This document shows positions 58,831 through 64,000 of a stretch of DNA of 64,000 nt, one piece after another. Location: positions 14,076,001 to 14,140,000 of the forward strand of contig CM075991.1 in NCBI GenBank assembly GCA_038087875.1. The letters run 5' to 3'. Below the pieces are notes generated by a model, which did no database searches, had not been told where the DNA came from, and saw nothing but the letters and a program-made list of their open reading frames with translations. Within the stretch, counting starts at the first letter, position 1, and every line of letters starts with the position of its first letter. This DNA is from Malacoraja senta. Lineage: Eukaryota. Both the position numbers and the translations under genes were made by a program.

Positions 58831-60086
58831 TTTTATTTTTTTTATTTTTTATTTATTAGAAGTACATTACATTACAACCACATACATTAGTACTCGTCAC
58901 TTATATCTTCTTACAATTAATGTACTCCGTGTGTTTTTTACACTAGAAAAGGGGAAGGGTGAGATTGAGAGAAAGAAGAAGAAAGTGAAGGAAAAAGTGA
59001 AAGTGTAGAAAATGTGACAACAAGAGAGAACGAAGACCCTATAAGAACAAAATTAAAAACAAAAGAAAAAGAGTTAAGAAATAGACCCTAGAAAAGAAGG
59101 AGAAAGAGAAAGAGGGAAAAAGAGAAAAACAAATAGTTTTTATGAGCATTACGCAAATGGGACATACCAACTCTCCAACTTTCATCCCCCCTTACCTGAC
59201 CTCAGTTTTTTTTTTAAGTACCTTTGCACCCTATTTTTGTAATAATTCTATAAATACAGACCACGTCAGGTGGAAGTGATCTGGTTTACCTGCCAGGAGG
59301 AGTCTTATCTCTTCTAGGTGTAATGTTTCAAACATATTTGAAATCCACATGTTTATAGTTGGTATTGGAGCCTTCTTCCAAAATTTTAGGATTAGCTTTT
59401 TCCGGTTATTAACCCATAGTCTATTCGTTTCTTTTGAAACACATTTAGTTCTGGACCATCTTCCGTTATTCCGAAGATAATCCATTCTGCTTTGGGTATC
59501 AGTTTTATTTTAAATAATTTTGTAAACATTTCAAAAATTTCAATCCAAAATTTTTGAATTTTTGTACAGAAAACAAATGAGTGCGCTATAGTAGCTTCTT
59601 GGGATTGACATTTATCACAAATGGATGATACATTTGGGAAAATTTTATGGATTTTAGTTTTGGAATAATATAATCGATGTAAAATTTTAAATTGTATTAA
59701 AGTGTGTCTTACATTAATCGAACATTTATGCACGTTTAATAAGTGTTCGTTCCACCTTTCCTTTGAAATTTTAATAGCTAACTCTTGTTCCCAGTCTCTT
59801 CTGATACCCTCCGTAGATGGTATTTCTACATTTAAGATAATATTATACAAATATGATATTAAGTTTGCTGATTCCGCTTTTATCTGCATTGCCTCATCCA
59901 ATACATCTGCTGGGTTATTATAATGATCTTTTGTATATTTTTTCAAATAGTCGCATATTTGAAAATATTTAAAATATTGATTATTTCCGAGTTTATATTT
60001 TATTTGTAATTGTTGAAATGAAAGTAATTTTCCAGTTTCATACAAGTCACCAAGCGTTTTAATTCCTAGTATATCCCAATGTATGA
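58831..60086 (-). mobile_element. L1 LINE, 5'-truncated, with 15-bp TSD
   Basis: ORF 59392..60117 contains QFKILHRLYY...CDKC...H....C..IQKFW. There is an A-rich tail, and ggtatgagctatttc occurs at 58816-58830 and 60087-60101. Confidence 0.93.
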
Positions 60087-60429
60087 GGTATGAGCTATTT
60101 CGAAGAAGAGCAGACAAGATAACATCTATTCCCTGTCCAATTTTGAAGTCTTAATCAGTGGATGTTATAGACAATAGACAATAGGTGTAGGAGTAGGCCA
60201 TTCGGCCCTTCGACCCAGCACCGCCATTCAATGTGAGCATGGCTGATCATCCCCAAGTGGATACTTTTAAGGCAGAGATAGACAAATTCTTGATTAGAGC
60301 GGGTGTCAAGAGTTATGGGGAGAAGGCAGAAAAATGGGATTAAGAGGCAGAGATCAGCCATGATTGGAATGGTGGAGTAGACTCGATGGGCCGAATGGCC
60401 TAATTCTACTCCTCTATCCCCTTAAAAAC

Positions 60430-61812
60430 AACTACAGATGCTGGTTTACACCAAAGATAGACACAAAGTGCTGGAGTAACTCCGCGGGTCAGGCAGTATC
60501 TCTAGAGAACATGGATAGGTGACGTTTTGGGTCGGGAGTGGAGTGGGGTAGGGGGGGGGGTGGTGGGGAAGAAAGCAAGATGAGAGCAAAGGCTCATTCT
60601 GAAGGTGGGTCCCGACTCGAAAGGTCACCCATCCTTTTTCTCTGGAGATGCTACACTACCCGCTGAGTTACTCCAACACTTTGCATTTAAAAAAGGCAGG
60701 ACAAAGGCTGGTTGGTAGAAGGTCGATATGGTGAGATGGGGGTCAATGGTTGGACAAAGGCCTGAGATGAAGAGACACAAGGTATGAGACTAAAGGATTG
60801 AACAGTTGCAAATTGTGAAGCCAGAGGAAGGAATGTGGAGGTGGAAGTGGAGCAGGAAGGTAGAGGGGGCAAATAGGTAGGAGTCCAGGTGGGACACCGG
60901 GGAGGGGCTGGGGGTAAATAGGGGGGATATGCGCGGGAAGAAGGGAGAGGGGGAAGGTTATGTAGTTACCTAAAAGTGGAGAATTCAATGCTCACACCGC
61001 TGGGTTGCAGAATATGAGGCGCTGTTCCTCCAGTTTGTGTGTGACAATAGACAATAGACAATAGGTGCAGGAGTAGGCCATTCGGCCCTTCGAGCCAGCA
61101 CCGCCATTTAATGTGATCATGGCTGATCATCCCCAATCAGGACCCCATTCCTGCCTTCTCCCCATATCCCCTGACTCCGCTATAACATAGAAACATAGAA
61201 AATATATGCAGGAGGCGGCCATTCGGCCCTTCGAGCCAGCACCGCCATTCATTGTGATCAGGGCTGGTCATCCCCAATCAATAACCCGTGCCTGCCTTCT
61301 CCCCATATCCCTTGATTCCACTAGTCCCTAGAGCTCTATCTACAGTAACTCTCACTTAAATCCATCCAGTGATTTGGCCTCCACTGCCCTCTGTGGCAGG
61401 GAATTCCACAAATTCACAACTCTCTGGGTGAAAACGTTTTTTCTCACCTCAGTCTTAAATGGCCTCCCCTTTATTCTAAGGCTGTGGCCCCTGGTTCTGG
61501 ACTCGCCCAACATTAGGAACATTTTTCCTGCATCTAGCTTGTCCAGTCCTTTTATAATTTTATATCAACCCCAATCCTGCCTTCTCCCCATATCCCCTGA
61601 CTCCGCTATCTTTAAGAGCCCTATCCAGCTCTCTCTTGAAAGTGAGGCCTCACTCTGGCAATGGAGGAGGCCCAGGTCAGAATGGTCAGTGTGGGAATGG
61701 GAGGAGGAATTAAAATATTTGATCACATGGGCCAAAGCCTCGTCTTTTTCATAGTTTTACCTGTTACGATTCCTCTTGGCCGGGAGATCCAGCAGGCCTT
61801 GGCGGACGGAGC
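60430..61812 (-). mobile_element. PLE termini and relic with nested CR1 3' fragments (61045-61640)
   Basis: pLTR inverted ends at 60430-60685. The PLE C-terminal remnant resumes at 61645. Confidence 0.75.
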
Positions 61813-61944
61813 ATCTGCAGTCTCTGAAAGTACTTTATTGGTTAAGAAGCCATTTTGGGCATCTCGTTGGCCCTGGAGACTGATTTAAGAAATACGTCTC
61901 CCAAAAGCAAGAGAATAATTCGGAGAACATTTTTGCGGAAACTA

Positions 61945-62335
61945 TATGATACAATACGATGCGATAGAACTTTATTTATCCCAGGAGGGAAATTGATCTG
62001 CCAACCGTCATAAAAACACAGATTACACAAAACACATGAAACATGAAATTAAAGTGACGAGTGGAACGGCCTGGGGGATGTGCAAAGATTGGGGAAGGGG
62101 GGGGGGGGGGAGAGGACAGAAGGGGGGAGGAGTTGTACAGTTTGATAGCCACAGGGAAGAAGGATCTCCTGTGGCGTTCTGTACTGCATCTTGGTGGAAC
62201 CAGGCTGTTGCTGAAGGTGCTCCTCAGGTTGACCAGTGTGTGACGGAGGGGGTGAGCTGTATTGTCCAGGATGCTCCGCAGTTTGAGGAGCATCCTCCCC
62301 TCCAGGACCATCTCCAGTGAATCCAACCCCGCCCC
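61945..62335 (-). mobile_element. Rex1/Babar LINE 3' fragment
   Basis: Reads KLRSILDNTAHPL...CSTERHRRSFFPVAIKLYN. Confidence 0.82.
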
Positions 62336-63550
62336 GAACATAGAACTGCAGATGCTGGTTTATACCAAAGATGGGCACGAAGCGCTGGAGTAACACAGCG
62401 GGTCAGGCAGCATCTCTGGAGAAAAGTGGACGGGTGACGTTTTTCTCCAGAGGTGCCGCCTGACCCGCAGAGTAACTCCAGCACATTGTGTCTATCTTTG
62501 GAGAACATTTCTCTTCAGCTGTCCCAGTGGCAATTTTCAGCATCCATTGAGAAACATAGAAAATAGGTGCAGGAGTAGGCCATTCGGCCCTTCGAGCCTG
62601 CACCGCCATTCACTGTGATCATGGCTGAAAACATCCAGAATCAACACCCTATTGTTCACCCGCTGAGTTGGCCAGTGATACAAATTGCTCACAAATGGAG
62701 CATTTATGAAGAAAATACAGCCTTTCGAGAGACATTCAGATACTTATAGTGCATTCTGTGTGGTTACCAGGGATCTGTAAGTGTTTAAGAAAGAACTGCA
62801 GATGCTGGAAACATCGAAGATAGATAAAAATGCTGGAGAAACTCAGCGGGTGAGGCAGCATCTATGGAGCGAAGGAATAGGTGGCGTTTTGGGTCTTGAT
62901 CCAAAACATCACCCATTTTTATTTTTCCCTCCAGAGATGCTGCCTGACCCGCTGAGTTACCCCAGGACTTTGTGTCTATCTTCTCTGTAAGGTGTGTATC
63001 CCGTGATTTAGTCGGGGTTGGGGGGGGGGTGGGGAAATCATCGACAGAAAATAAAAGTCCAACGCTCTGTGAGAGGAGAGACGCAACCTTTCCCATCGTG
63101 CGTGTTGGTAATATTCCCAGTTCCCGAGCTGACGTTCCCATTAGGTGTACAGCTCCCAGGCAATGCCTTCCTTGCACTCACCAGGATCTTTTAAGAGGCA
63201 TTCTCAGGGTTTTCAGAGAAGCACCATTGGTACTCTGTTATTATGCATCGGCTTGTACATAACGACATTAGAAAGTTCAATTCCATTTATAACAAGGAAG
63301 TTCCTTGGTAATCATTCCCACATGCATTCTTTCAATGTTGCTTCCACTGGCTGACGCCACTTCTCAATTATAATCAGATGGGCCCCTTTCAAGACGCCTT
63401 TTGTTCAGACAGCTAAGGCAGTCTGCTCACCGTAAGGCTGCATGTTCTGTACCATGAATAGGCTGAAGATGAATATGTTCCTCTTTCTGAAATAGAGGGG
63501 GCTCATCTCTATTGATCTCGGCGTCAGAAGCAAACGTGCTTGGGTCAATG

Positions 63551-63781
63551 TTTACGAAGGAACTGCAGATGCCGGAAAATCGAAGGTAGATAAAAATGCT
63601 GGAGAAACTCAGCGGGCGAGGCAGCATCTATGGAGCGAAGGAAATAGGCAACGTTTCGGCCCGAAACCCGTTGGGTTTCGGCCCGAAACGTTGCCTATTT
63701 CCTTCCAAAACGTTGCCTATTTCCTTCGCTCCATAGATGCTGCCTCACCCGCTGAGTTTCTCCAGCATTTTTGTCTACCTC
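63551..63781. mobile_element. Mini PLE foldback with 16-bp TSD
   Basis: Inverted pLTR ends that turn within hammerhead stem II. cgtgcttgggYcaatg occurs at 63535-63550 and 63782-63797. Confidence 0.85.
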
Positions 63782-64000
63782 CGTGCTTGGGCCAATGGCT
63801 GTTTGCTTTCCCGTATTTTCCTTGGAATTTTTCGACTTCCATAACGGGTGGCAGTGGCTAACACAACATCCTCAGGCCTTACGAGTCCGTCATAGTCAGC
63901 ATTTTCTTTGCCCACTCGAAACCCTCGGAATTGGCAGGTTTGCTGACTTGCTCCTGAGTACCAAACCTGCTGGTACAGTGGTTAAGTCTCCAGACTAGGA

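Overview
This 64 kb window is repeat-dense vertebrate genomic DNA. It is most likely from a cartilaginous fish (skate or ray), inferred from abundant HE1-type V-SINEs sharing CR1/HER1-like 3' tails. I could not recognise any host protein-coding gene, and nearly all long ORFs are transposon relics or microsatellite artefacts. The main contents are: (1) a decayed minus-strand endogenous retrovirus (tRNA-Ser PBS, PPT, two LTRs, integrase and env remnants) spanning <589 to 16897, with a Helitron, CR1, Rex1, L2, a Harbinger-type MITE and SINE-like elements nested inside; (2) young CR1 copies, an L1 with a 15-bp TSD, and Tx1, Vingi, Rex1 and hAT relics; (3) one intact tRNA-Thr(UGU) gene; (4) large (CA/GT)n, (AACT)n and (TAGTT)n arrays, a 40-bp minisatellite and a 200-N gap. 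The most striking system is a Penelope-like (GIY-YIG) family whose termini carry a minimal hammerhead ribozyme core. It repeatedly inserts as asymmetric foldback hairpins, from ~130 bp up to a spacerless 2.2 kb palindrome at 44269-46455. Also notable are a modular non-autonomous retroposon with covarying RNA hairpins and exchangeable LINE tails, and a 52-bp GGCC-bounded micro-element present twice.
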